From an uncultured Trueperaceae bacterium (GTDB lineage: Bacteria; Deinococcota; Deinococci; Deinococcales; Trueperaceae), in the NCBI GenBank assembly GCA_963727505.1, contig CAVSGP010000005.1, positions 230,074-294,073 on the forward strand: a stretch of DNA of 64,000 bases, written 5' to 3'. Both the position numbers and the translations under genes were made by a program. Positions 20,568-32,375 of the stretch are shown in pieces (position 1 is the first letter of the stretch; each line of letters starts with the position of its first letter). Under the pieces are notes generated by a model, which was given only the letters and a program-made list of their open reading frames with translations, did no database searches and was not told the DNA's origin.

Positions 20568-23182
20568 CCGCCCGCGAGCGCCTCCGCCACCAGCCGCTGC
20601 ACCACGGTCGGCTCGGCGCGCCCCTGCGTGCGACGCATCACCTGGCCCACGAAGAAGCCCCGCAGACCCTCCTTGCCGCCGCGGTAACTGGCGACCTCAG
20701 CCGGATGGTCGGCCAGCACGCTCGCGATGATCTCGCGCACGGCGTCCTCGTCGTCGAGGCGCTCGAGGCCGCGCTCATGCACCAGCATCTCCGGGTCGGT
20801 GCCGGTGCGGACGACCTCCTCGAACAGCTCGCGTGCCACGGGTAGCGTCACCGTGCCGCGCTCGACCAGCCTCACCAGGTGCGCCAGGCGCTCGGGCGTG
20901 ACGCCCAGCTCGGCCAGCGGCCGGTCCTTGAGCGCGCGCACCAGATCGTTCACCACCCAGTTGGCGATCGCCATCGGGTCGGGCTGTTCGGCGACGGCGG
21001 CCTCGAAGAAGCCGGCCAGCTCGTCCCGCCCGGCGATGAGGGCGGCGTCGTCGACGGCCAGGCCCAGCTCGCGGCGGTAGCGCTCGAAGGTCTCGCGCTG
21101 GCGGGGCTCGAGCCCCGCCAGCGGATCGGGCTGCGCACTTCCGGCGTCACTTCCGGCATCACGGCCGGCCTTCTCGCCTGCACGGTCGCCCGCACGGCCC
21201 CCTGTACGGTCGTTCGCACGGTCGCCCGCACGGCCCCCCGCACGCTCGCCCGCGTCGGGCGACGCCCCTGCGCCCTCCTCGGTAGCCGCGCCGGCCTCCA
21301 CCGACGCGCTGGCGCGCCGCCACGTCCCGTCGCCGCTCGCCGAACCGTCCGTCGAACCGTCGGTCGAACCGTCCGTCGAACCGTCCGGGTTCGTCGCACC
21401 GTCGGCCGCACGGTCGCCGGGCCGGGAGGCTGCGCCCTGCTGGGCTGGCGCGTCTCGGCCCAGGTCGCGACGCGCCTTCTCGCGGCGCGCCCAGGAGTCC
21501 TTGAGCGTGATGATGCGGTTGAAGACCAGCGCCTCCCGGCGTCCCTCCTCGGGGTCGCGCCAGAAGTAACCGAGGCGCTCGAACTGGTAGCGCGTGTCGG
21601 CGTCGTCGCCGGCCAGGCTCGGCTCCACGAAGCCGTGCCGCACCACCAGCGAGGCGGGGTTGAGGTGTTCGAGGAAGTCGCTGCCGTCGGCTCCCGGTTC
21701 CGGCACGGTGAAGAGCCGGTCGTAGAGCCGGAACTCGGCCGGCAGGGCGTGGTCGGCCGACAGCCAATGGATGGCGGCGCCGACCTTCACCCCGTCGGGA
21801 TTGCGTCCCAGGGTGCCTTCCAGCAGGCTGCAGCGCAGCTCGCGCACGCTGCCGTCGGCGTCCTTCACCACCTCATCGCAACGGATGACGTAGGCGTGGC
21901 GCAGTCGCACCGCGCGCCCGGGTGCCAGCCGCCGGAAGCCCTTGGGCGGGTCCTCGGCGAAGTCCTCGCGGTCGATGAGGAGCCGGGGGCCGAAGGGGAC
22001 CGGGCGCTCCCCGTGCTTGGGTACGTCCGGCGGCCAGTAGGGGGCGGTCAGGGTCTCGTCGGCCGTGACGTTGGTGAGCACCACCGGCAGGGGGTCGGTC
22101 ACGGCCATCACGCGCGGCGCGCTGGTGTTGAGATCGTCGCGCACGGAGTGCTCCAGCAGCGCCACGTCGACCGTGCGGTTGGTGCGCGAGACACCGATGC
22201 GCGCCGCGAAGTCGCGGATGGCCCCGGGCCGCACGCCGCGCCGCCGCAGGCCCGCCAGGGTGGGCATGCGCGGGTCGTCCCAGCCCACGACATGACCCTC
22301 GTTCACCAGCCGGATGAGGCGGCGCTTGCTGACCACCGTGTACTCCAGGTTGCGCCGGCCGAACTCGTACTGATGGGGGCGCTCCTCGCCCGGGAACAGG
22401 CGCGACACCAGCCAGTCGTAGAGCTCCCGGTTGTCGAGGAACTCGAGCGAGCACAGGCTGTGCGTCACGCCTTCGATGGCGTCGGAGAGCGGGTGCTGGA
22501 AGTCGTAGAAGGGGTAGATGCACCAGCCGTCGCCGGTGCGGTAGTGATGCGCGTGCACGATGCGGTAGAGCAGCGGGTCGCGCAGCTTCATGTTCGGGGA
22601 TGCCAGGTCGATCCTGGCGCGCAGCACGTGGGCGCCGGTCTCGAACTCGCCGGCGCGCATCCGCCGGAACAGGTCGAGGTTCTGCTCCACCGAGCGCTCG
22701 CGGAAGGGGCTCGGGGTGCCGGGCTGCTCGACGCTGCCGCGCATGCGCTGGATCTCGTCCGTCGGCAGGCTGTCGACGTAAGCGTCCCCCATGGTGATCA
22801 GCGTCTCGGCCAGCGCGTAGAGCCGCTCGAAGTAGTCCGAGGCGAAGCGCGTGGTCTCCCAATGCCAACCCAGCCAGCGCATGTCCTCCTCGATCGAGGT
22901 GACGTAGCGCATCTCCTCGACCTCGGGGTTGGTGTCGTCGAAGCGCAGGTTGCAGACGCCCCCGTAGTCGGCGGCGAGCCCGAAGTCCAGGAAGCTGGCG
23001 AAGGCGTGCCCGATGTGGGCGTAGCCGTTCGGCTCCGGGGGGAAACGCGTGACAACGCCCCGAGGGCGCCCGCTCTCGAGGTCGCGGTCGATGATGTCGG
23101 TGATGAAGTTGGGTTGCACGCGCCGCGGGTGGTCGTCGTTCGTCCCGGGGCTCGGCGCGGGGTCCTCACGAGGGGCTGTCAC
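20564..23182 (-). CDS. glnS: Glutamine--tRNA ligase with C-terminal GatB/YqeY domain
   Basis: RFPPEPNGYAHIGH, VSKR and FERLGYF motifs; C-terminal ANW...GFFVGQVMR; AAAGGAG RBS before GTG 23182. Confidence 0.96.
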   Translation of the reverse strand: MTAPREDPAPSPGTNDDHPRRVQPNFITDIIDRDLESGRPRGVVTRFPPEPNGYAHIGHAFASFLDFGLAADYGGVCNLRFDDTNPEVEEMRYVTSIEEDMRWLGWHWETTRFASDYFERLYALAETLITMGDAYVDSLPTDEIQRMRGSVEQPGTPSPFRERSVEQNLDLFRRMRAGEFETGAHVLRARIDLASPNMKLRDPLLYRIVHAHHYRTGDGWCIYPFYDFQHPLSDAIEGVTHSLCSLEFLDNRELYDWLVSRLFPGEERPHQYEFGRRNLEYTVVSKRRLIRLVNEGHVVGWDDPRMPTLAGLRRRGVRPGAIRDFAARIGVSRTNRTVDVALLEHSVRDDLNTSAPRVMAVTDPLPVVLTNVTADETLTAPYWPPDVPKHGERPVPFGPRLLIDREDFAEDPPKGFRRLAPGRAVRLRHAYVIRCDEVVKDADGSVRELRCSLLEGTLGRNPDGVKVGAAIHWLSADHALPAEFRLYDRLFTVPEPGADGSDFLEHLNPASLVVRHGFVEPSLAGDDADTRYQFERLGYFWRDPEEGRREALVFNRIITLKDSWARREKARRDLGRDAPAQQGAASRPGDRAADGATNPDGSTDGSTDGSTDGSASGDGTWRRASASVEAGAATEEGAGASPDAGERAGGRAGDRANDRTGGRAGDRAGEKAGRDAGSDAGSAQPDPLAGLEPRQRETFERYRRELGLAVDDAALIAGRDELAGFFEAAVAEQPDPMAIANWVVNDLVRALKDRPLAELGVTPERLAHLVRLVERGTVTLPVARELFEEVVRTGTDPEMLVHERGLERLDDEDAVREIIASVLADHPAEVASYRGGKEGLRGFFVGQVMRRTQGRAEPTVVQRLVAEALAGG

Positions 23183-23328
23183 GTCGTCGACTCCTTTGAT
23201 CCAGCGCGCCGCCGTGCCGTAGGCACGAGTCGGCCACGCCAGGCGCATCCTGCGCCGTTGCCAAGCTTAGCGTACGAGACCGCTCGGGCACGAAGTCCGG
23301 TCGCGCTGTCGCGCGGACGTGCGGGCCC

Positions 23329-24258
23329 TCAGCGCAGGATCACCAGCGTGACGAAGTAGTAGGTCACGGGCACTGCGAACAGGGAGCTGTCGATGCGGTC
23401 GAGGACCCCGCCCTGGCCGGGCAGGAAGATACCGGCGTCCTTCACCCCCACCCAGCGCTTGACGAGCGACTCGAAGAGGTCGCCGAGCTGCGCGGCGCTG
23501 CCGACCAGCAGGCTGAAGAGCAGCCCGTCGTAGAGGTCGACGTGGAGGTGCGCCACCCGCTCCAGCGCGAAGGTGGCGGCGGCCACCACCCCTACCGATA
23601 GGATCAGGCCGCCGAGCGAGCCCTCCACGGTCTTGTTGGGGCTGATGAGGGGCGCGAGTTTGCGCCGTCCCAGCCAGGACCCGATGGCGTAGGCGCCGAC
23701 GTCGGAGGCCACGATGGCCAGCATCGGGAGGGTCAGGTACCACAGGCCCAGAACGCCGTCAGGGGTGTAGCGCAGGGTGACGATGTAGCCGAACAGCCAG
23801 GGGATGTACAGGTAGGCGAACAGCGAGTAGACGATGGTGTTGACCGAGTCGTGGCGCGGCGCCACCATCTCCACCCCGATGAGGTAGAGCGCGAACAGCC
23901 CGAGCAGCAGCTCGCGCCAGCTCACGCCGGCGACGAGGGGCTGCATGCCGGGGTAGGTGGCGGGCAGGGAGGCGGGTAGGGTCAGGACGGCGGCTACCCA
24001 CAGGCTGCGCTTGCGTACGCGGATGCCTCGCAGCGCTACCATCGACGCGAACTCCTGCACCGCGATGAGCGTCAGTACCAGGTAGAGGGGCGCCAGTAGC
24101 GGCAGCCCCACCCAGAACACGATCAGGGCAGCCAGGAAGGCGGCGAAGGCGCTGGCGATGCGGGCCACGTGGACGCCCTCCCTGCGACGCGGCGGGGTCT
24201 CCTCGACGGCCGTCAGTGCCAGGCGTTCGCGGCCCGTGCCCTCGACGCGCTCGTTCAC
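23329..24258 (-). CDS. cdsA: Phosphatidate cytidylyltransferase
   Basis: SPNKTVEG, GDLFESLVKR and GGVLDRIDS motifs; follows frr. Confidence 0.95.
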   Translation of the reverse strand: MNERVEGTGRERLALTAVEETPPRRREGVHVARIASAFAAFLAALIVFWVGLPLLAPLYLVLTLIAVQEFASMVALRGIRVRKRSLWVAAVLTLPASLPATYPGMQPLVAGVSWRELLLGLFALYLIGVEMVAPRHDSVNTIVYSLFAYLYIPWLFGYIVTLRYTPDGVLGLWYLTLPMLAIVASDVGAYAIGSWLGRRKLAPLISPNKTVEGSLGGLILSVGVVAAATFALERVAHLHVDLYDGLLFSLLVGSAAQLGDLFESLVKRWVGVKDAGIFLPGQGGVLDRIDSSLFAVPVTYYFVTLVILR

Positions 24259-24357
24259 GCGTTCGCCGCCCCCCCGTTCACGACCACTTCACGCCGTCCC
24301 TCGCGCGCACGTCGCCCATGGGCCCGACCTCCCAGCCACTCGCCACCCCGAAGTCCG

Positions 24358-24912
24358 TCACACGGCGAGGATGTCCTCTTCCTTGCCCTTCACGCGGTTG
24401 TCGACGTCCGCCGTGAACTCGTCGGTCAGCTTCTGCACCTCGGCCTCCCCGTGGCGCAGATCGTCCTCGGTGATGTCGTTCTCCTTCTGCATGCTCTTGA
24501 GGCTGTCGTTGCTGTCGCGGCGGATGTTGCGGAGCGCGACGCGCGCCTCCTCGGCCATGTTGTGGACGGCGCGCACCAGGTCGCGCCGGCGCTCGTCGTT
24601 GAGTGCCGGCACGCTGATGAAGATGGCGTCGCCCTGGTTGTTCGGGTTGAAGCCGAGGTCGCTCTCCTGGATCGCGCGCTCGATCTCCTTGGTCGCAGAC
24701 TTGTCGAACGGCGTGATGAGCAGGGTGCGTGGATCGGGGCTGGAGATGGAGGCGAGCTGGGCAAGCGGCACGCTGCTGCCGTAGTACTCGACCATCACGC
24801 GATTGAGGATGGCGGGGTTGGCGCGGCCGGTCCGCACGGTCGCGACGTTCGACTCGAAGGCCTCAAGGGACTTCTCCATGCGTTCCCGCGTTTCCTTCAG
24901 GACGCTCTTCAT
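24358..24912 (-). CDS. frr: Ribosome recycling factor
   Basis: RTGRANP and RNIRRD motifs. Confidence 0.98.
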   Translation of the reverse strand: MKSVLKETRERMEKSLEAFESNVATVRTGRANPAILNRVMVEYYGSSVPLAQLASISSPDPRTLLITPFDKSATKEIERAIQESDLGFNPNNQGDAIFISVPALNDERRRDLVRAVHNMAEEARVALRNIRRDSNDSLKSMQKENDITEDDLRHGEAEVQKLTDEFTADVDNRVKGKEEDILAV

Positions 24913-25029
24913 CAGCGGTACCTCCTGCCGTTCGCTTCGTCTGGCGCCCAGTCTACCGCGTGGGGCGCGATTTCACCCGGGGGACGGCGGGATCGGCAGG
25001 GCGCTGTCAGCGAGAGGATGCAGGTTGCG

Positions 25030-25761
<732 letters not shown>

Positions 25762-26355
25762 CTACTCCCCGATGGCGATGCGCGTGAAGCGCCCCACCTG
25801 GATGTTCTCGCCGATGGTCGCGATGGTTTCCTTGATCAGGGTGTCGACCGTCTTCTTGTCGTCCTTGATGTAGGGCTGCTCGAGCAGGCAGATCTCGGCG
25901 AAGAACTTGTTCAGCCGCCCTTCGGAGATCTTCTCGACGACGTTCGCGGGTTTGCCTTCGGCCGCCGCCTGCTTGGCGAAGGCCGTGCGCTCCGCTTCGG
26001 CGAGCTCCTGGGGCACCTGTTCGCGGCTGACGTACTTCGGGTCGTTCATCGCCACGTGCATCGCGATGTTGCGCGCGAGCTCCTGGAAGGAGTCGTTGAG
26101 CGCGACGAAATCCGTCTCGCAGTTCAGCTCGACCATCACGCCGATCTTGCCGTTGTGGTGGACGTAGGTGCCGATGAAGCCCTCGCTGGCGACGCGGTCG
26201 GCCTTCTTGGCCGCCTTGGCGATGCCGCGTTCGCGGAGCAGCGCGGCCGCCTGCTCGATGTTGCCCTCGGTTTCGTCGAGGGCCTTCTTGACATCCATCA
26301 TGCCCGCCCCGGTGAGGGCGCGGAGCTGCTTGATCGCTTCGGTGCTCACTGCCAT
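25762..26355 (-). CDS. tsf: Elongation factor Ts (short type)
   Basis: [19 protein letters not shown] and ELNCETDFV; own GGAGG RBS before ATG 26355. Confidence 0.97.
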   Translation of the reverse strand: MAVSTEAIKQLRALTGAGMMDVKKALDETEGNIEQAAALLRERGIAKAAKKADRVASEGFIGTYVHHNGKIGVMVELNCETDFVALNDSFQELARNIAMHVAMNDPKYVSREQVPQELAEAERTAFAKQAAAEGKPANVVEKISEGRLNKFFAEICLLEQPYIKDDKKTVDTLIKETIATIGENIQVGRFTRIAIGE

Positions 26356-26386
26356 CTTCGTCGTTCCTCCGTGTCGTGCGCTTTGC

Positions 26387-27654
26387 TCAGCGCTTGTCTT
26401 CGGCTTCCTCTTCGCTCGCGGCTCCGGCCTGCTCCTCCTGGGCCTCGTCCGCATCGTCCTCGTCCGCATCGTTCTTGGCGGCGGCCTTGGCCCGGCGCCG
26501 CGGCTTGGCCTCCTCGGGGGCCTCGTCATAGGCCTCGTCTTCGGAGTCCTCCGTCTCGGCCGCTTCCGCTTCGGGGGCTTCGGCTTCGGGAGCCTCGGCT
26601 TCGGGAGCCTTGGCTTCGGGAGCCTTGGCGTCGGCAGCAGCGGCCTCGGCCGGTTCCGCCTTGGCCTTGTCCGCCTTGGCCTTGTCCGCCTTGGCCTCGT
26701 TCCGCCTCGGCCGGTTCCGCTTGGGCCGGTTCCGTCTTGGCCGGTTCCGCTTCGGCCGCAGGTTGCTCGGCAGCGGCCCTCGGCAGCGGGCTTCTCGGCC
26801 TTCGCCTCGGTCGCGGGCTTCGCGGCCGCGGGGGCGGCCGCGCCCACCTCGTCCTCCGCCATCGCCGCCGCGGCCTTGATGGTGCGCTCCGGCGAGGACA
26901 TCGGGGTCGGCAGGGTCTCACGCTGGACTTGCGTGGCGGCCTCCTCGAGCGGGCGCTCGACGGGCTCGTCGGCACCGCCCTTGACCTCGACGATGACGTC
27001 GGACAGGCGTGCGGTGACCAGCTGGATGGAGCGGATGGCGTCGTCGTTGCCGGGGATGATGTAGTCCAGCACGTCGGGATCGCTGTCGGTATCGGCCAGG
27101 GCCACGACCGGGATGTCGAGCTTGTTGGCCTCCTTGACGGCGATCGCTTCCTTGGTGGGGTCGATCACGAAGAGCGCGTCGGGCAAGCGCGTCATGTCAC
27201 GGATCCCGCCCAGGTAGCGCTGCAAGCGCTGCAGCTCCTTGCCCATGGAGATCTGTTCCTTCTTGGTGAAGCGCAGGATCGACTCGTCGTCGAACATCCC
27301 CTGCAGGTCCTTGAGGCGCTCGACGCGCGTACGGATGGTCTTGAAGTTGGTCAGCAAGCCGCCGAGCCAGCGCTCGTTGATGAACGGCATGCCGCAGCGC
27401 TTGGCCTCCGCGGCCAGGATCTCCTGCGCCTGCTTCTTGGTGCCGACGAACAGGATGGTGTTGCCGCGGCCGGCCATGTCGCGCAGGAAGTTGAACGACT
27501 TCTCGCTCTCCACCAGCGTCTTCTGCAGATCGATGATGAAGATGCCGTTGCGCTCCGCGAAGATGTAGCGCTTCATCTTCGGGTTCCAGCGCTTCGTCTC
27601 GTGCCCGAAGTGCACGCCGGCTTCCAGCAGTTGTTTCATTCCGAGGTACGACAT
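26387..27654 (-). CDS. rpsB: 30S ribosomal protein S2 with long acidic low-complexity tail (two apparent frameshifts in the tail)
   Basis: [10 protein letters not shown] and [10 protein letters not shown]; the Ala/Glu/Pro tail continues in shifted frames near 26780 and 26697 and ends EDKR-TGA at 26387. Confidence 0.93.
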
Positions 27655-27768
27655 CTGATTCCTCCAGGGCGGGATGTTGAGGTAGGAATCGGGAGGCCGG
27701 GGGCGCTCCCCATCCTGCCGTTGGTGCGGCGGACATCCCGCTGCCGCCGACCAAACCTCCGCAGTATA
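27655..27768 (-). promoter_or_regulatory. rpsB leader with pseudoknot, plus -10 box
   Basis: TATACT at 27768-27763; hairpin 27754-27721 whose loop GCGGGATGT pairs with ACATCCCGC just before the SD. Confidence 0.65.
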
Positions 27769-27909
27769 CAGGAGCGTCCTCGTGCAGGGCCACCCTGCCC
27801 GACGTAGGCGGCCGGGAAGTGCCGCCCGGGCTCGGGCGGCGGGCCCGCCACGCGAACGGGCGGCCCGGAAGACCGGACCGCCCGCGCGGGTTCGAGGCTC
27901 TCGTAGCGT

Positions 27910-29121
27910 TCAGGGCAGCGAGCTGAGCGCGTCCTTGGCGGCCTGGTCGTTGGGATTGATCTGCAGTGCGTGCTGATAGGCCTGGCGGGCGTTCTCGGAA
28001 TCGCCGCTGGCGCCGCGCGCCTGGTAGGCCTGTCCCAGCCAGTAGTAGGCGTCCGCGCTCTCCGGCGGGAGCAGGGCGCCCTGCTGGGCGCGCTTGACGG
28101 CCTCGTCGACCTTGCCGGTCTTGAGGTAGGCACGCGCCAGGTAGGTGTACAGCGGGGGCACGAACACGGCGCCGTTGAGCTTGAGGGCGGCTTCCAACTT
28201 GGCGACGCTGTCCTTGACGTCACCGCACTCGAACATCGTGATGCCGAGCTGCGACATCGACGACAGCGACTGCGGGTCGAGGCTCACCGCCTGCGAGAGC
28301 TCGTACTCGGCGGTGCTGCAGTCCTTGAGGCGGTAGGCGATGTTGCCGAGGTTGTTGTGTGCCGAGCTGCTGGTGGGGTCGAGCACCACCGCACGCCGGA
28401 AGGCCTGTTGCGCCAGTTGCAGGTCGCCCTGGTCGCGGTAGACGCGGCCGAGGTTGACCTCGAGGGTCGAGCGCTCCGCTTCGGAGAGGCCCTTGCCGTC
28501 GGTGCCGGAGGCCTGCGACACGGCCTGCTCGAGCACCGTCCGCGCCTCCTTGAGGTTGCCCAGGTCGTAGAGCACCACGCCCTTGGTGTTGAGCACCTTG
28601 GGGTCCTGCGGCGCGATCGCCTCGGCCTGCTTGACGGTGTCCAGGGCGTCGCTCAGGCGGTTCGGATAGCTCTTGGGGTCGCCCTGGTACTCGTCGCGGT
28701 AGGTGAGCGCCAGGTGCACCATGGCCAGCACGTTCTTCGGGTCCTGCTTGAGAGCCGCCTGGAAGGCATCGATCGCCTGTGGGTAGGCTTGCTGGCACGA
28801 CAGCGAGCGGCCCTTGCCGACCAGCGCCTCGACGTTGTTGGCGTCGGTCTTGAGGGCCTCCTGGAAGAAGTACTGCGCCAGGGCGCAGTCGCCGTGGTTC
28901 ATGTAGAACTGCCCGTCGCTCAGCAGGGTGGGCACGTCCGGAGGACCGGACTGCGTGGGGGCCTGCGCCTGCGTCTTCGGTGAGGCGGCTGGCGAGCTCG
29001 ACGTCGAACTCTGGGCGAACGCGGTGGCGAGGCCCAGGCCGACGATCAGGGAGGCCAGCAGAAGCTTCCCCCAGGCGCCGGTTCTGTTGTTCCAGATGCT
29101 AATCAACGTGTCCTCCGACAA
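27910..29121 (-). CDS. Secreted tetratricopeptide-repeat protein
   Basis: Signal peptide (LATAFA/Q) and many TPR-like repeats; the start codon is uncertain. Confidence 0.88.
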   Translation of the reverse strand: MSEDTLISIWNNRTGAWGKLLLASLIVGLGLATAFAQSSTSSSPAASPKTQAQAPTQSGPPDVPTLLSDGQFYMNHGDCALAQYFFQEALKTDANNVEALVGKGRSLSCQQAYPQAIDAFQAALKQDPKNVLAMVHLALTYRDEYQGDPKSYPNRLSDALDTVKQAEAIAPQDPKVLNTKGVVLYDLGNLKEARTVLEQAVSQASGTDGKGLSEAERSTLEVNLGRVYRDQGDLQLAQQAFRRAVVLDPTSSSAHNNLGNIAYRLKDCSTAEYELSQAVSLDPQSLSSMSQLGITMFECGDVKDSVAKLEAALKLNGAVFVPPLYTYLARAYLKTGKVDEAVKRAQQGALLPPESADAYYWLGQAYQARGASGDSENARQAYQHALQINPNDQAAKDALSSLP

Positions 29122-29407
29122 GTCTTGCGGTGTTGTGCGTGTCCAGGGTCCGCCGAGTGTACCATCCGGCCTTCTGCTGCCTTCGCACTGCGGATCCTAC
29201 GTGGCGGTGGCTGTGGGGCCGTGAGGCGGAGCGGGCGGTCAATGCGATGCCGCCTTCGAACGCAAGCCTGGGATCGCGGGTGGAGCGTCGCCCGGTTACG
29301 TCCATTGCTGCCCATGATGACGGCTCACTGTGAGAAGGAGGTGTGCAGCACGGAACATATACCCCTCGGACGGGCCGCGCGGCGGCATCGCGGCGGCATC
29401 GGCGAGC

Positions 29408-30094
<687 letters not shown>

Positions 30095-30183
30095 GAACCG
30101 AAGCTCCTGCGGCGCGACGGCGGGCGGGCGTCGATGTCCGGGGGCCTGCGTTCGATGTCCAGCACGTCGGGATTGTACCGCGC

Positions 30184-30237
30184 CGCGCGACGAACGTCGT
30201 GCGGCGCCCCCGCGCGACGAACGTCGTGCGGCGCCCC
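30184..30237. repeat. Exact 27-bp tandem duplication (intergenic)
   Basis: CGCGCGACGAACGTCGTGCGGCGCCCC twice. Confidence 0.9.
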
Positions 30238-30439
30238 GGCGCGGTCGCGGCCGTCGCCCCCGCGCGAAGATCTCGGGTGCTAACATCGCGACATCGTTGA
30301 TCTTGGGCCGCCCGCGGGCGGACCGGTCGCACGGAAGCTCGCGAGGCGTTAGCATGGGTGCGCCCGGGACAGATGTCCCGACGTTCCCCTGGTGACGGTT
30401 GCGCGCTGCGCGGCGCCCTACGTGGGAGAGAGGAAACGC

Positions 30440-31417
30440 ATGGCCGAAGCGAGGCGACCTTCCACTCATCTCCTGGCCTGGTTCGCGCTGGTCGGCAACG
30501 CTCTCGTGATCCTACAGGGTGCGTTCGTCCGGGCCTCGGGCTCCGGCGCCGGCTGCGGGGGGCACTGGCCGACCTGCAACGGCGAGGTCGTACCGTTGAA
30601 CGCCAATGTGCACACGCTGATCGAGTTCACCCACCGGCTGCTGGCGCTGACGGTGTTGGTGCTCGGCGTGTGGTTGCTGGTGCGGGCCATCCGGATGCGC
30701 AAGGAAGCGCCGGGCTTCAGCACCTTCACCTACGTGGCCTTCTACTTCCTCATCATGGAAGCGCTCCTCGGCGCCGTCACCGTGGTGTTCGGGCTCACCG
30801 GCGACAACCAGAGCCTCGCCCGCGGCGTGCTCGTCGCCGTCCATCTGGTGAACTCGCTGCTGCTCATCGGCACGCTCACCGGCATGGTGGTGTTCTCGCG
30901 CCCCCGACGCCCCAACTGGCCGCTGCGTCTGGGCCGTCAGGGTGCGCTGGCCACGGTCCTCGGACTCGGCCTGGTCGGCATGCTGGTGCTGATCTTCTCC
31001 GGGGGCATCGCTGCCATGGGCAACACCATGTTCCCGTCGACCTCGCTCCAGCAGGGCTTCGCGGCGGACTTCAACCCCGCCTCCCACACGCTCATCCGGC
31101 TGCGTATCCTGCATCCCCTCATCGCCATCACGGTCGGTACCTACCTGTTCGTGGGGCTCGGCCTGAGCTGGTGGCTCAAGCCCACGCCCTCGGCGCGCCG
31201 CACCGCGCAGGTGCTGCTGGGCGTCTATGTGGCGCAGCTCGCCGTCGGAACGGCCAACCTGGCGTTCCTGGCGCCGATGGCGCTGCAGCTCCTCCACCTC
31301 ACGATGGCCGTGTTGGCCTTCTCGTTGCTCACCACCCTTTCGCTCGAGATGCTCGGCGGGCAGGCGGCGGCCCGCGAGGGCGCCGCTCAGCAGCGCGCCG
31401 CGATGGAGAAGGCGTAG
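30440..31417 (+). CDS. ctaA: Heme A synthase (COX15/CtaA family)
   Basis: GAGCGGHWPTCNG, IEFTHR and further conserved His residues. Confidence 0.9.
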   Translation: MAEARRPSTHLLAWFALVGNALVILQGAFVRASGSGAGCGGHWPTCNGEVVPLNANVHTLIEFTHRLLALTVLVLGVWLLVRAIRMRKEAPGFSTFTYVAFYFLIMEALLGAVTVVFGLTGDNQSLARGVLVAVHLVNSLLLIGTLTGMVVFSRPRRPNWPLRLGRQGALATVLGLGLVGMLVLIFSGGIAAMGNTMFPSTSLQQGFAADFNPASHTLIRLRILHPLIAITVGTYLFVGLGLSWWLKPTPSARRTAQVLLGVYVAQLAVGTANLAFLAPMALQLLHLTMAVLAFSLLTTLSLEMLGGQAAAREGAAQQRAAMEKA

Positions 31418-31419
31418 CC

Positions 31420-32367
31420 ATGGCCGACACCCTGCAACCCGACACCCTGCAACCCGACACCCTGCAACCCGAAACCGCGCCCCCGGCGCGCGCCACCGTG
31501 CGCGACTACATCACCCTCACCAAGCCGAAGGTGATCAGCCTGCTGCTGCTGACGACCGTCGGTGCCATGTTCATCGCCGCGCGCGGCTTCCCCGGCTGGA
31601 TCCCGCTGATCGGCGTGATGCTGGGCGGCTACATGTCCGCCGGCGCCGCCGGCGTGTTCAACATGGTCTACGACCGTGACATCGACGAGCGCATGCGCCG
31701 CACCGCCAAGCGGCCGACGGTGACGCAGGTGGTGCCCACGCGCAACGCCCTCGTCTTCGGGGTGGCGTTGACGCTGGCCTCGTTCCTGGCCATCGCGCTG
31801 TCCACCAACGTGCTGGCGGCGTTGCTGTCCTGGGCGGGCATCGCCTTCTACGTGATCGTCTACACCATGTGGCTCAAGCGCAGCACGTGGCAGAACATCG
31901 TCATCGGCGGCGCCGCCGGTGCCATCCCACCGCTGGTCGGCTGGGCGGCGGTCACCGGTCACCTCAGCCTGCTGGCGTGGGTGCTGTTCGCGCTGGTGTT
32001 CATGTGGACGCCGGTGCACTTCTGGGCGCTGGCGTTGATGATCAAGGACGAGTACCACAAGGTCGGCGTGCCGATGGCCCCCGCCGTCATCGGCGAGCGC
32101 GCCACGGTGATGCAGATGGCGATGTACGCCGTGCTCACCATGGTGCTCACCATCGCCCCCTTCTTCCTGCACGCGTTCAGCCCCGCGTACTTCCTCGCGG
32201 CGCTGGGACTCAACGTGGTGCTGGCGCTGCGGGTGCTGCGGCTGTTCCAGATCGCGCGCGCCGGCTCGCCCATCGACAAGGTCACGGCGCTGCCGCTGTA
32301 CAAGTACTCCATGACCTACCTGGCGCTGGTCTTCCTCAGCATGGCGCTCGACCGGATCATCTTCTGA
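31420..32367 (+). CDS. ctaB: Protoheme IX farnesyltransferase (heme O synthase)
   Basis: LTKPKV, NMVYDRDIDERMRRTAKRP and WTPVHFWALA motifs. Confidence 0.96.
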   Translation: MADTLQPDTLQPDTLQPETAPPARATVRDYITLTKPKVISLLLLTTVGAMFIAARGFPGWIPLIGVMLGGYMSAGAAGVFNMVYDRDIDERMRRTAKRPTVTQVVPTRNALVFGVALTLASFLAIALSTNVLAALLSWAGIAFYVIVYTMWLKRSTWQNIVIGGAAGAIPPLVGWAAVTGHLSLLAWVLFALVFMWTPVHFWALALMIKDEYHKVGVPMAPAVIGERATVMQMAMYAVLTMVLTIAPFFLHAFSPAYFLAALGLNVVLALRVLRLFQIARAGSPIDKVTALPLYKYSMTYLALVFLSMALDRIIF

Positions 32368-32375
32368 AGGCCCTC

